A stretch of DNA of 64,000 nucleotides from Spartobacteria bacterium (GTDB lineage: Bacteria; Verrucomicrobiota; Verrucomicrobiia; Chthoniobacterales; Chthoniobacteraceae), in the NCBI GenBank assembly GCA_043777315.1, contig JAYVPW010000150.1, positions 1-64,000 of the forward strand, written 5' to 3'. Below, one piece after another: positions 31,531 through 40,834 of the stretch; the first letter of the stretch is position 1, and every line of letters begins with the position of its first letter. A program made the translations under genes and the position numbers. The notes under the pieces are model-generated. The model was not told where the DNA came from, searched no databases, and saw only the letters and a list, made by a program, of their open reading frames with translations.

Positions 31531-31665
31531 GGGGGAGGGGAGGGGAGAACGTCGAACGTCGAACGTCGAACGTCGAACGTCGAAGTGTCGGATTCCGAAA
31601 GGCGCGATGCTTTTAGCAGCATCTTTTTTGACTTCGACGTTCGACGTTCGACGTTCGGCGTTCGA
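31531..31665. repeat. heptamer-armed hairpin element E4 (~46-bp loop containing its own small hairpin GATGCTTTTAGCAGCATC); preceded by (AGCCACGGAC)x3 at 31501-31530
   Basis: GGGGGAGGGGAGGGGAGAACGTC(GAACGTC)3GAAG ... CTTC(GACGTTC)2GACGTTCGGCGTTCGACGTTTTC. Confidence 0.85.
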
Positions 31666-31710
31666 CGTTTTCTGAAAAATGCTCCGACGTTTGCGGCGGC
31701 GCTGCTGTCG

Positions 31711-32730
31711 ATGGCGATGACCTTTTTCACGGCAACAGGAAGCGCGGCGGACAAGGTGGACGAGGCGCTTTTTCGGGCGTCGCAGTTTTTGCTCTCGCAG
31801 CAGGATGCGACGAGTGGCGCGATCTCGTTGAAGGGGCGAAATGAGACGGCGATGACTTCGCTTTCCGTCCTCGCGCTCGCGTCGCTGGGACATCAGCCGG
31901 GCGATCCGACGCCGGAGGGGAAGGCGATGAAACGCGGGATCGGCTACATCGTGCGGACGGATTCGCAGCAGCCGGATGGGTATTTTGGACAGAAGGATAA
32001 TTCGCGGATGTACGGGCACGGGATCACGACGCTGATGCTCGCGGAGATGCTCGGGATGGGCGCGGATGCGGAGCAGGATGAGCTCGTGCGGGAGAAATGC
32101 CGGAAGGGGATTCAGTTGATTTTGCGCGCGCAAAAAGTGCCGAAGAACGAGCACTCGCGCGGCGGCTGGCGCTACACGCCGGACGATGCGTCGTCGGATA
32201 TGTCGGTGACGGTGTGGCAGGTGATGGCGTTGCGCGCGGCGAAAAACGCGGGGATCGACGTGCCGAAAGAGGCGATCGAGGACGCGGTGAAATACATCAA
32301 GCGGCTCTACGACAGCGAAGGCGAGAAGCGCGGGAAAATCCTGCCGGGCGGGTTCGGCTATCAGAACAAAGGGCGCGAACTTTCAACGACCGCGGAGGGG
32401 TTGCTCGCGCTGCAAGTGTGCGGCGAATACGACGCGCCGGAGACGCTCGGGGCGGCGGAACGTCTCTCGAAAGAAAAGATCCGGCCCGAGGAGCGCTGGT
32501 TTTATTACACGACTTATTATTACGCGCAGGGGATGTATCAGCGCGGCGGGAAATATGCGGAGGACGGGCGCCAAGCGGTTGCCGACTCGCTGCTGCCGCT
32601 GCAATCGCGCGAAGGCTCGTGGGAGCAGGGCGGGGGAGACGGGCGGGAGGCGGGGAAGGTTTACGCGACCTCGATGGCGATCCTCAGCCTTGCGGTGAAG
32701 AACCACTTTTTGCCGATCTACCAGCGGTAA
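31711..32730 (+). CDS. prenyltransferase/squalene-oxidase-repeat (alpha-alpha toroid) protein; start may lie upstream (a CTG/non-canonical start would restore a signal peptide FAAALLSMAMTFFTATGSAA)
   Basis: repeated QxxDGxW-like motifs (QQPDGYFGQ, RGGWRY, REGSWEQ). Confidence 0.6.
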   Translation: MAMTFFTATGSAADKVDEALFRASQFLLSQQDATSGAISLKGRNETAMTSLSVLALASLGHQPGDPTPEGKAMKRGIGYIVRTDSQQPDGYFGQKDNSRMYGHGITTLMLAEMLGMGADAEQDELVREKCRKGIQLILRAQKVPKNEHSRGGWRYTPDDASSDMSVTVWQVMALRAAKNAGIDVPKEAIEDAVKYIKRLYDSEGEKRGKILPGGFGYQNKGRELSTTAEGLLALQVCGEYDAPETLGAAERLSKEKIRPEERWFYYTTYYYAQGMYQRGGKYAEDGRQAVADSLLPLQSREGSWEQGGGDGREAGKVYATSMAILSLAVKNHFLPIYQR

Positions 32731-33059
32731 AGGCGGGCGCGCGCCAAGCCCGGTTGTGGCGCTTCTTTTTTAAGCAGTCCCCGTCACGGGATCGGACTGG
32801 GGGCCCTCGCCGGTGGCGTTGACGCCGCTGAGGGCGAGCGTCACTTCCGTCCCGACGCCGAGCGCGAGGGTGACCTCCGTGCCGGTGACCGCCACGAGGA
32901 GCGTCTGCTCCGCCCCCGGGTTTTGGTAGAGCTTGAATGAATCCGCATCCCGCGTCGCCGAGCAGTAGTTGAAAGCGCACCCGGCCCAGCGTCGTAGCGG
33001 CGAGGCCGAGCGCGGTATTGCGGACGCGGGTCGCCTGCTGACTCGCCGAGCCCGTCGCC

Positions 33060-33320
33060 GTCACCTCCGTTCCCTCTCCCCCAACGCCAAACCGCCAGCC
33101 ATCCGCCACTGTTCTCCATCCCTCAGACCCTAGCCTCCGGCCGTCTCGCTCCGTGCTCCGCTTCCCGACGGAAGACGGCCAGCCGTTGCCCTCCGTTCTT
33201 CGTCTCCCGAGGTCGATCGCCATCCGTGCAGCGCCGTTCTCCACTTCCCGGCGTCGAGCCGCCAGCCATCCGCCTCCGTGCTCCACTTCCCAGCGGCAAA
33301 CCGCCAGCCGTGCGCCTGCC
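33060..33320. repeat. degenerate tandem repeat (~4 units of ~55-65 bp, core CCGCCAGCCATCCGCCnCCGTGCTCCACTTCCC)
   Basis: repeated CCGCCAGCC / GT(G/T)CTCCACTTCCC blocks; region 32730-33690 has no convincing ORF. Confidence 0.5.
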
Positions 33321-33689
33321 CGGCCCGCCCGCGGGTTCAGAGGGAGAGCGAGCTCGGCGACGGGCCAAGCACTTCAGCTCCCCATCGGCATCCTGACCTT
33401 GGCGTCGCGCCTCTCTGTTCGACTTCCATGAGCAAAGGAAGCCACTACCGAAGTCACGCGGCTTCCCCTGGGCTGGGTGGCGGGGCCTTCGGGCGAAGGC
33501 AGACGAAGCTGCCGGGTCGGTGAGGGCGAGCGGCGGGAGCGTGGGCGCGGGGTGACGGGGAGGAGCGGGGCGGTGAGTTTTTCGTAGAGGCGAAAGAGGT
33601 GTTCGACCCGCGCGCGGTCGCTGCTGCCGAGGCGCTGGAAAAGCTCCCGGTCGTCCCCGGCGTAGGCCTTCTCGACCGCGCGATCCAGC

Positions 33690-36287
33690 GTCGCATGCGC
33701 CTTTTGCGAGCTCCGCCGGCATGGAGAGCGGGTCGTAGAGATCGGCGAGCGTGCGCATCCCCCTCGGCGGCAGGTGCGGCTCCCGCGCCGCCAGCACCGC
33801 CCGAGCGGCGTTCTCCACGGCGGCCCGCTGGGCAGGCGTGGCGGAGTCGGGCCAGGGGAAGTTGTTGTAAACGAGCCCGGCGGAATAGCGGTAGTCGGAC
33901 TTCAACCGCCCGGCGAGTTGGCGCATCCATGCCATGTGCATGGAGGAAGTGAGGACGCCGAAATGCCACGCGGTAGCGCCCGGGGAGACAAAGACGAGAT
34001 TGTTCGAAATCACTTCAGCGCGCTGCAACGCCATCGGAATGTAACTGCGTCCTTCGGAAGAGACGCCCGGGACAAGAAGATAGGACTCATTTGGCTGTCG
34101 ATCTTCCCCAAACCGGGTGGGCGTGGTGGCTAGTCGGGTCGTAGTCAGACGATTACTGGCAAGCCGGTGTTGCCGCACTCTTTCGATGCGCTCCATGACT
34201 TTGGGCATCAGCCGAAGCACGCCGGGCGCGACATCCTTCAACCACAAGCACCATCGGTCGATGCCGTTGATGAATTCTTCCGATCCGAGAATTGGACGAA
34301 TGAACGGCGCGGCTCCGGGCTCCTCTGCAAGCAATGTGATGCGCTCCGAGGTAGTCAGCATCAAATGCCCGCCATCGTTCGGCATCGAGCCGAAGATCAA
34401 TGGGGGCACGTCGCAGAGGGGAGTAGTCCGTTTGGTGATGGTGACGTCTAGGCCTTCCGCAAGATACGGCGAGATGTTCGCCGCGACGGTGACGGTCGGC
34501 TCGGCGTGGTTTCCTTCGTAGTCGAAGATTTATTTGTTCGCGCCGCTCCCGACTCCAAAGCCGATGATGACGACATGGACGTGGGCTTTTCCGCGGGACT
34601 CGCTGGCCCACGGGAAGGTGCGGTGGGCGAAATGGATCTTGATGCCGTAGCGCTGGAAGAGGTCGCCCGAGAGGATGCCGACTTGCTCGCCTTGGCTGAT
34701 GGAGTTCGTGGAGACGAAGGCGACGGATGGAGTCCCGGGTAGGGTGGGCGTCCCGCCCGCCGGCCGAGGCGTCCCGCCTGGGCGCACTTCCCGGGTGCCG
34801 GAAGATCGTTCCGGCGAGACGCCGGAACCGGCGGGCGGGACGCCCACCCTACCCGGGACGGCGGTGCTCAGGTATTGGGCCGCGCGCCGATACCAGCAGG
34901 TGACGAAGTCGAGGACGCCAGCGCCTTTCACGCCCTCCCAGACGTGCGCCATATCGGCCTTTTGCTCGGCGTTCTGGTAGTGCTTGCCCACGAAGGGCGG
35001 GTTGCCGAGGACGTAGCTGCACTGGGCGGCGGGGAGGACGGTGTGCCAGTCGAGGCGGAGGGCGTTGGCGTGCCGAATGTCGGCGGTGCGGGTGAGGGGG
35101 AGGCCTTCGATGGGCGCGCCGAGGAGGGCGCTGGCGGCCTGGTTCATCTGGTGTTCCATGAGCCACATGGCGACTTCGGCGATGCGGACGGGCTATTCAT
35201 CGATCTCGATGCCGTGAAACTGGGCGACGCTGACGCCGAGGAAGAGGGAGCGGACGACCTTCATGATGTCGCGCTCGCTGGTGTACTGGGCACCCTGCTG
35301 GCGGCGGGCGCGGTCCTCCATGATGCCCTGGAAGAGGGAGCCGAAGACGGCGGGGGAGATGCGGGCCCACTGGAAGTCGCAGCAGTAGAGGAGGGAGTCG
35401 CGCATTTTCGCGTCGAAGACGGGCGTGCGGAGGCGCTCGGCGAAGAGCTTGCCATTGACGTAGGGGAAGGCGGCGATCTCGTCTTCGATGCCGCGCTGGC
35501 GCTCGGTCTCGCGGGTGTCGAGGATTTCAAAGAGGAAATTGAGCTGCTGGCCGAGGTCGGAGCCATCGGGCCGGGTGCGGGTGCGGATGAAGGCGGTGAA
35601 GGCTTCGGGGCCGAAGATGCCGTTGTCCTCGGCGAAGAGGCGGACGAGGAGGCGGACGAGGAGGCGCTCGATCTCGTGGCCGCCGCGCGGGTCATGGGCG
35701 CTGCCAAAGCCGCCGGTTTTCAGCGCATCGTGCAGGTCGCACATGCGGGCGCAGGCTTTTTCGTTGGCCTCGTCCTCGGGCTGGTAGCGGACGCGGGTCT
35801 GGCCGAGCATGAAGGCGAAGTGCCGGACGTGCTGGGGGAATTCGGCGAGGGTGAAGTGGTGTTTTTCGATCTGCCGCCCGGCAAAGAGGGGGAGGTCGAG
35901 CTGGTCGTCGGGCTCGAGGTCGTAGAGGACGAAGCGGGCGAAGTCGGAGACGAGGACGTAGCGGGGGAGGTCGTGGTGGAGGCCTGCGCGGGCGAGGTCT
36001 GCGATGTAGGTGAAGGCCTGGGTCTCGGCGAGGGCGAGGTCTTCGCCGAAGCTCTTGTGCTCGACGAGGAGGCGTCCTTTCCAAAGGAGATCGATGGCGG
36101 AGACGTGGCCTTTGAGGTTGGTGACGTTGTGCTCGAAGGCGGCGAGGGCGGAGCGGCGGAGGCCGAAGACGTCGAAGAAGGCGTTGTAGAAGGTCTGCTT
36201 TTCGGCGCGCTCGGAGCGGGCGCCGGTGTGCTCGCGGCTGAAGCGGATGGCGCGGTGCTGGATTTCGCTCCAGGAGAGATGGGGCAT
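33690..36287 (-). pseudogene. MmeI-like type IIG/IIL restriction-modification enzyme gene (nuclease/helical N-domain, N6-adenine MTase NPPF, TRD) broken by two in-frame stops (TAG at 35193-35195, TAA at 34530-34532) and degenerate beyond ~33690
   Basis: fragments 35193..36287, 34530..35168 and 33690..34532 are collinear and in one reading frame; motifs LSWSEIQ...EKQTFYNAFFDVFG, LGNPPFVGK, AFVSTNSISQGEQV, HFGVLTSSMHMAWMRQLAGRLKSDYRYSAGLVYNNFPWP, LADLYDPLSMPAEL. Confidence 0.65.
34732..34859. repeat. 128-bp perfect palindrome (32-bp arms GTCCCGGGTAGGGTGGGCGTCCCGCCCGCCGG / rc, 64-bp centre) inserted in frame (141 nt, ~47 aa) inside the MTase domain of the MmeI-like gene
   Basis: the insertion sits exactly between conserved ...AAQYL and AFVSTNSI... 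blocks; terminal CCCGGGTAG and internal GGCGTCCCGCC resemble the MITE-like family. Confidence 0.8.
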
Positions 36288-36483
36288 GGGCGCGGCGGGT
36301 GGCGGGATTTGGGCGCTGGTGCAAGGCGGTCGGCGTCCGTGACGCTGGAACCGGCGGGAGGATTTAGTTTCAAAGAATGCGGGGTGTGGGGAATTGTCCC
36401 GCAGCCTCGCAGATTGTGGTGGAAGTATCTCGCGTCTGGGGGGCCTCCCGCCTCAGGCTGCCGCTCCTTTCCTTTTGAAACTC

Positions 36484-39400
36484 ATGAAACAAATCCTCCC
36501 CGCCTCACTCCTCGCCTCACTCCTCGCGCCGATCTCTTTGTTCGCCGCGCCGCCGGCCAAGCTCGATCTTCACAAGGGCGAGCACATTGCCATCATCGGC
36601 AATACGCTGGCGGACCGGATGCAGCACGACGGGACGCTGGAGGCGTTCATTCATAAGGCTCACGCGCAGGACGAGATCAGCATTCGGAACCTCGGTTTTG
36701 CCGCGGATGAAGTGGCGGCGCGGATGCGCTCGGACGATGTGCCGAAGACGGAGGAATGGCTGACACGGGCGAAGGCGGACGTGGTGCTGGCGTTCTGGGG
36801 GTTCAATGAGTCGTTTGGCGGGTATGACGGGATCGCGAAGTTCAAGACGGACCTGGAGAAGTTCATCAAGGAAACGAAGGCGGCGAAATACAACGGGACG
36901 TCTGCGCCGCGGCTCGTGCTCTTTTCGCCGATCGCGGGGGAGAAGATGGTGGACCCGAATCTGCCGGACCCGGAGAAGAACAACACGAATTTGCAGAACT
37001 ACACGGCGGCGATGGCGGAGGTGGCGAAGGCGAACGATGTGCAGTTTGTCGATCTGTTTGCGCCGTCGCTGGAGCTTTACAAAAACGCGAAGCAGCCGCT
37101 GACGCACAATGGCATTCACCTGACGGTGGCGGGTTATCAGGCGCTCGCGCCGGTGATTTACCAAGCGATGTTCGCCGCCGCGCCGCCCGCGCTCGACGAG
37201 AAGCTGCGCGCGGCGGTGCAGGTGCAAAATGAGGTGTGGCTGAGCCGCTACCGGACGGTCGATCAATACAATATTTTCGGCGGACGCTCGACGATCGGTT
37301 ACGAGTCCGGGAAGGGCGGTCCGAAGATCGATAATCGGGCGGTGCTCTGGCCGGAATTGGCGCAGCGCGATGTGATGACGGAGAACCGCGAGGCGCGCGT
37401 GTGGGCGATCGCGAAGGGCGGAGACTTGAAGATCGATGACTCGAATCTGCCGCCGGTGCCGAAGATTCAGTCGAACAAACCGGGGACGAATCCCGATGGC
37501 TCCTACACTTTTATCGGCGCGGAAGAGGCGATCAAGCACATGACCGTGCCGAAGGGGGTGAAGATTCAGCTCGTCGCGAGCGAGGAGCAATTTCCCGAGC
37601 TGGTGAGTCCGGTGCAGATGAATTGGGACACGAAAGGGCGGCTGTGGGTGTCGGCGTGGAAGAACTACCCGGAGCGGACGCCGACGAGCAAAGAGGGCGA
37701 CAAGTTGCTCGTGCTCGACATCGGGCCGGACGGCAAGGCGACGAAATGCACGACGTTCTTCGATCAGCTCAATTGCCCGACGGGGTTCCAGTTTTACAAA
37801 GACGGCGTGGTGGTGATGCGGTCGCCGGATTTGTTGTTTTTGCGCGATACGGATGGGGACGGGAAGGGCGAGGTGCAGGAGCGGTTGCTCAATGGGCTCG
37901 ACGCGGCGGATTCGCATCACGAGACGAACTCGATGGCGATCGAACCCGGCGGCGCGATCTATTTGAGCGACGGCGTTTTCCATCGGACGCAGGTGGAGAC
38001 GGCGGCGGGACCGGTGCGGAATGTGAACGGTGCGCTCTACCGCTGGGAGGGGCGCACGGGGAAATTCGAGCGCTACGTGGCTTACGGCTTCGCGAATCCG
38101 CACGGCAAAGTGTTCGATTATTGGGGCAACGATCTGATGACCGACGCGACCGGCAATGCGAATTACTTCGGGCCGGCGTTCAGCGGCCACATCGACTTCC
38201 CGGGCACGCATCCGAGCATGAAAGAGTTCTGGCAGCGTCCGTCGCGCCCGTGTCCCGGCACGAACATCCTGTCGAGCCGCGCGTGGCCGGCGGAGTTTCA
38301 GGGGAATTTTCTCAACACGAATGTGATCAGCATTCAGGGCATCTTCCGCGCGAAACTCAGCGAGGAAGGCTCGGCCATCAAAGGCGAGACGCTCGAACAT
38401 CTGATCACTTCGGATGACCCGAATTTTCGCCCGTCCGGCATCTCCGTCGCGCCCGACGGCTCGCTCTACTTCATGGACTGGCACAAGCCGCTCATCGGCC
38501 ATCTCCAGCATCACTTGCGCGACCCGAACCGCGAGATGGATCACGGCCGCATCTACCGCCTGACTTACGAAGGCATGCCGCTTCTCAAGCCCGCGAAGAT
38601 CGACGGACAGCCCGTCGCGGCCCTGCTCGATCTTTTGAAAGAGCCCGAGAACAACGTCCGCGAGCGCGCCAAAGTTGAGCTGGGCAAACACGACTCCGCC
38701 GAGGTCATCGCCGCGACGAACAAGTGGGTCGCCGCCCTCGACAAGTCCGAGCCGACCTACGAGCACAACCGCCTCGAAGCACTCTGGGTTCACCAGTATC
38801 ACAACGTCGTGGACCTCGCGCTTCTCGGCGAAGTCCTGAAATCCCCCGAGCCCCGCGCCCGTGCGCAAGCCGTCCGCGTCCTGACTTACTGGCGTGACCG
38901 TGTTCCAAATGCGACTGCACTGGTGAAAGCCGCCGCCGGCGACGACCACATGCGCGTCCGCCTCGAAGCCGTGCGCGCCGCGAGCTTCTTCAACGACAAA
39001 GACGTGCCCGCCGCGATCGACGCCGCCTCCACCGTCCTCAAGCAGCCGACCGACTACTACATCGACTACACGCTGAAAGAGACGCTCAAGCAGCTCCAGG
39101 GACTCTCGAAAGAAACCGTGCTCCCGACCGACCCGCAGATTCTCACCGCCCTGCTCGGGAAAATGTCCGACGCAGAGCTGAGCAAAGCGCCGGGCAGCGA
39201 ACCCGTCTTCATGGCCCGTCTCGAACGCAAAGGCACCGACCCCGTCGCCCGCGAAAAAGCGGTCACCGAACTCGTCAAGCTTCGCAACACCGACGCCGTC
39301 ACCGAACTCGTCGCCGCCCTCCAGCGCCTCGATGAAAAAGGCGGCGGATCACAGGCCGACGACCTCGGGAAAATGCTCGGCGCCGCGCCCGCTGCGACGC

Positions 39401-40464
39401 TGGTGAAAAATCGCCCCGCACTTTCCGCCCTCGCGCAAAAAGCCGCGCAGCCCGGCGTCCGCCGTGCCGCATGGGCCTCGCTCATTACCGCCGATGCGAA
39501 CCCGCAGGCCACGTTGGCCGAGGTGAAATCCGACGCCGCGGGCGAGTCGTTCATCAACGCCATCGGCTTCGTCCCCGACCCCGCCTTGCGAGCCAAGTTT
39601 CAGCCGATCCTCGTCACGGTCCTGACCGAAGCCAAGACCCCCGCACCCGTGCGCGTCGCCGCCCTCCACGCCCTCCCGCTCATGGGCGCGGAGAACGCCA
39701 AAGCCAACGCCGCCACCCTCGCCGCGCATTTGCAGAAAGGCCTCGAGCGCCCCGCCGCCGCCCGCGCGCTGATGCAGCTCCCGCGCGACAGTTGGGATAA
39801 AGCGACCGCCGCCCCGCTCGCCGAGAGCATCCTCGCATGGGCCAAGACCGTCCCCGCCGACAAGCGCACCGGACAGGACTTCGTCGAGATCCAGCAGGCC
39901 GGCCTCGAGCTCGCCAGCCTCCTCCCGCCCGCCGACTCCACCCGCATCCGCAAAGAACTCCGCGGCCTCGGCGTCAGCGTTTTCGTGATCAAAACCGTCC
40001 GCGAGCAAATGCGCTACGACACCCCGCGCCTCGTTGTCGAAGCCGGCAAACCCTTCGAGGTCATCTTCGAAAACATGGACCAAATGCCGCACAACATCGT
40101 CTTCGTCGAGCCCGGTGCCCGCCAGGCCATCGCCGAAGCCGTCCAGACCATGAAGCCCGATCAGCTCGACAAAGAAGGCCGCCCCTACGTCCCGCAGAAA
40201 GGCGACAAACGCATCCTCCAAGCCTCCCACCTCATCGAGCCCGGCCAAAAGGAAACCATAAAAATCAACGCGCCGCGCGAAGAGGGCGACTACGAATACG
40301 TCTGCACCTTCCCCGGTCACTGGGTCATCATGTTTGGCAAAATGGTCGTCACCAAAGACGTGGACGCCTACCTCCAAGCGAACCCCGACGCCACCCCCGC
40401 ACCGGCCGCACCGGCCGCCGCGATTCACCACCACAGCTCCGACGCCGGTTTGGTGAGAAAGTAG
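36484..40464 (+). CDS. secreted multidomain protein: SGNH/GDSL-like N-domain, membrane-bound-dehydrogenase-domain beta-propeller (TIGR02604-like), HEAT repeats, C-terminal cupredoxin (azurin/plastocyanin-like) domain; 1326 aa
   Basis: signal peptide MKQILPASLLASLLAPISLFAAP; C-terminal type-1 copper-like CTFPGHWVIMFGKM with upstream His (QMPHNIVF); HEAT-like AVRVLTYWRD... Confidence 0.75.
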   Translation: MKQILPASLLASLLAPISLFAAPPAKLDLHKGEHIAIIGNTLADRMQHDGTLEAFIHKAHAQDEISIRNLGFAADEVAARMRSDDVPKTEEWLTRAKADVVLAFWGFNESFGGYDGIAKFKTDLEKFIKETKAAKYNGTSAPRLVLFSPIAGEKMVDPNLPDPEKNNTNLQNYTAAMAEVAKANDVQFVDLFAPSLELYKNAKQPLTHNGIHLTVAGYQALAPVIYQAMFAAAPPALDEKLRAAVQVQNEVWLSRYRTVDQYNIFGGRSTIGYESGKGGPKIDNRAVLWPELAQRDVMTENREARVWAIAKGGDLKIDDSNLPPVPKIQSNKPGTNPDGSYTFIGAEEAIKHMTVPKGVKIQLVASEEQFPELVSPVQMNWDTKGRLWVSAWKNYPERTPTSKEGDKLLVLDIGPDGKATKCTTFFDQLNCPTGFQFYKDGVVVMRSPDLLFLRDTDGDGKGEVQERLLNGLDAADSHHETNSMAIEPGGAIYLSDGVFHRTQVETAAGPVRNVNGALYRWEGRTGKFERYVAYGFANPHGKVFDYWGNDLMTDATGNANYFGPAFSGHIDFPGTHPSMKEFWQRPSRPCPGTNILSSRAWPAEFQGNFLNTNVISIQGIFRAKLSEEGSAIKGETLEHLITSDDPNFRPSGISVAPDGSLYFMDWHKPLIGHLQHHLRDPNREMDHGRIYRLTYEGMPLLKPAKIDGQPVAALLDLLKEPENNVRERAKVELGKHDSAEVIAATNKWVAALDKSEPTYEHNRLEALWVHQYHNVVDLALLGEVLKSPEPRARAQAVRVLTYWRDRVPNATALVKAAAGDDHMRVRLEAVRAASFFNDKDVPAAIDAASTVLKQPTDYYIDYTLKETLKQLQGLSKETVLPTDPQILTALLGKMSDAELSKAPGSEPVFMARLERKGTDPVAREKAVTELVKLRNTDAVTELVAALQRLDEKGGGSQADDLGKMLGAAPAATLVKNRPALSALAQKAAQPGVRRAAWASLITADANPQATLAEVKSDAAGESFINAIGFVPDPALRAKFQPILVTVLTEAKTPAPVRVAALHALPLMGAENAKANAATLAAHLQKGLERPAAARALMQLPRDSWDKATAAPLAESILAWAKTVPADKRTGQDFVEIQQAGLELASLLPPADSTRIRKELRGLGVSVFVIKTVREQMRYDTPRLVVEAGKPFEVIFENMDQMPHNIVFVEPGARQAIAEAVQTMKPDQLDKEGRPYVPQKGDKRILQASHLIEPGQKETIKINAPREEGDYEYVCTFPGHWVIMFGKMVVTKDVDAYLQANPDATPAPAAPAAAIHHHSSDAGLVRK

Positions 40465-40834
40465 CGCCGTCGCGCACGCCTTTCGGTGCGCCACTTCATC
40501 GTTCCCAAGCTCCCGCTGGTTTCACGATTTTCATGTGGGAAAAGCGGCCTTTACGCGAGCAGCCTTGTTGCTGGCGAGACTTATCGGCCGAAGACACTCA
40601 ACTGAAACGACAAGAGATCCTCTGCCGCCGAAAAGCATCGCCCTTCCGGCGCGGGTCTCAAGGAACCACTGATCTAACCAACATGCCCGTTTCGATGGGG
40701 AGCGTACGGGTCCTCGCGTGTCGTGGCTGGTTCCCTCGCCGGGCACTCTTCCGAGGCGCGGATCATCGGCGAGGGCGCCGATGACAGCACGCGAAGGCGC
40801 GTGCGCTACCCGGCCCGATTAAATCAGTGGTTCC

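Noticed and set aside
20131-31665. The tandem (GAACGTC)n arrays could be mistaken for CRISPR arrays
   Set aside because: The unit is only 7 nt, with no spacers and no cas genes; the arrays occur as inverted pairs forming hairpin arms.
32684-33286. 169-200-aa minus-strand ORFs across the tandem-repeat block (GGWLAARR..., MENSGGWLAVWRW...)
   Set aside because: The periodic Gly/Trp/Arg composition simply mirrors the DNA tandem repeat; there is no start context and no family resemblance.
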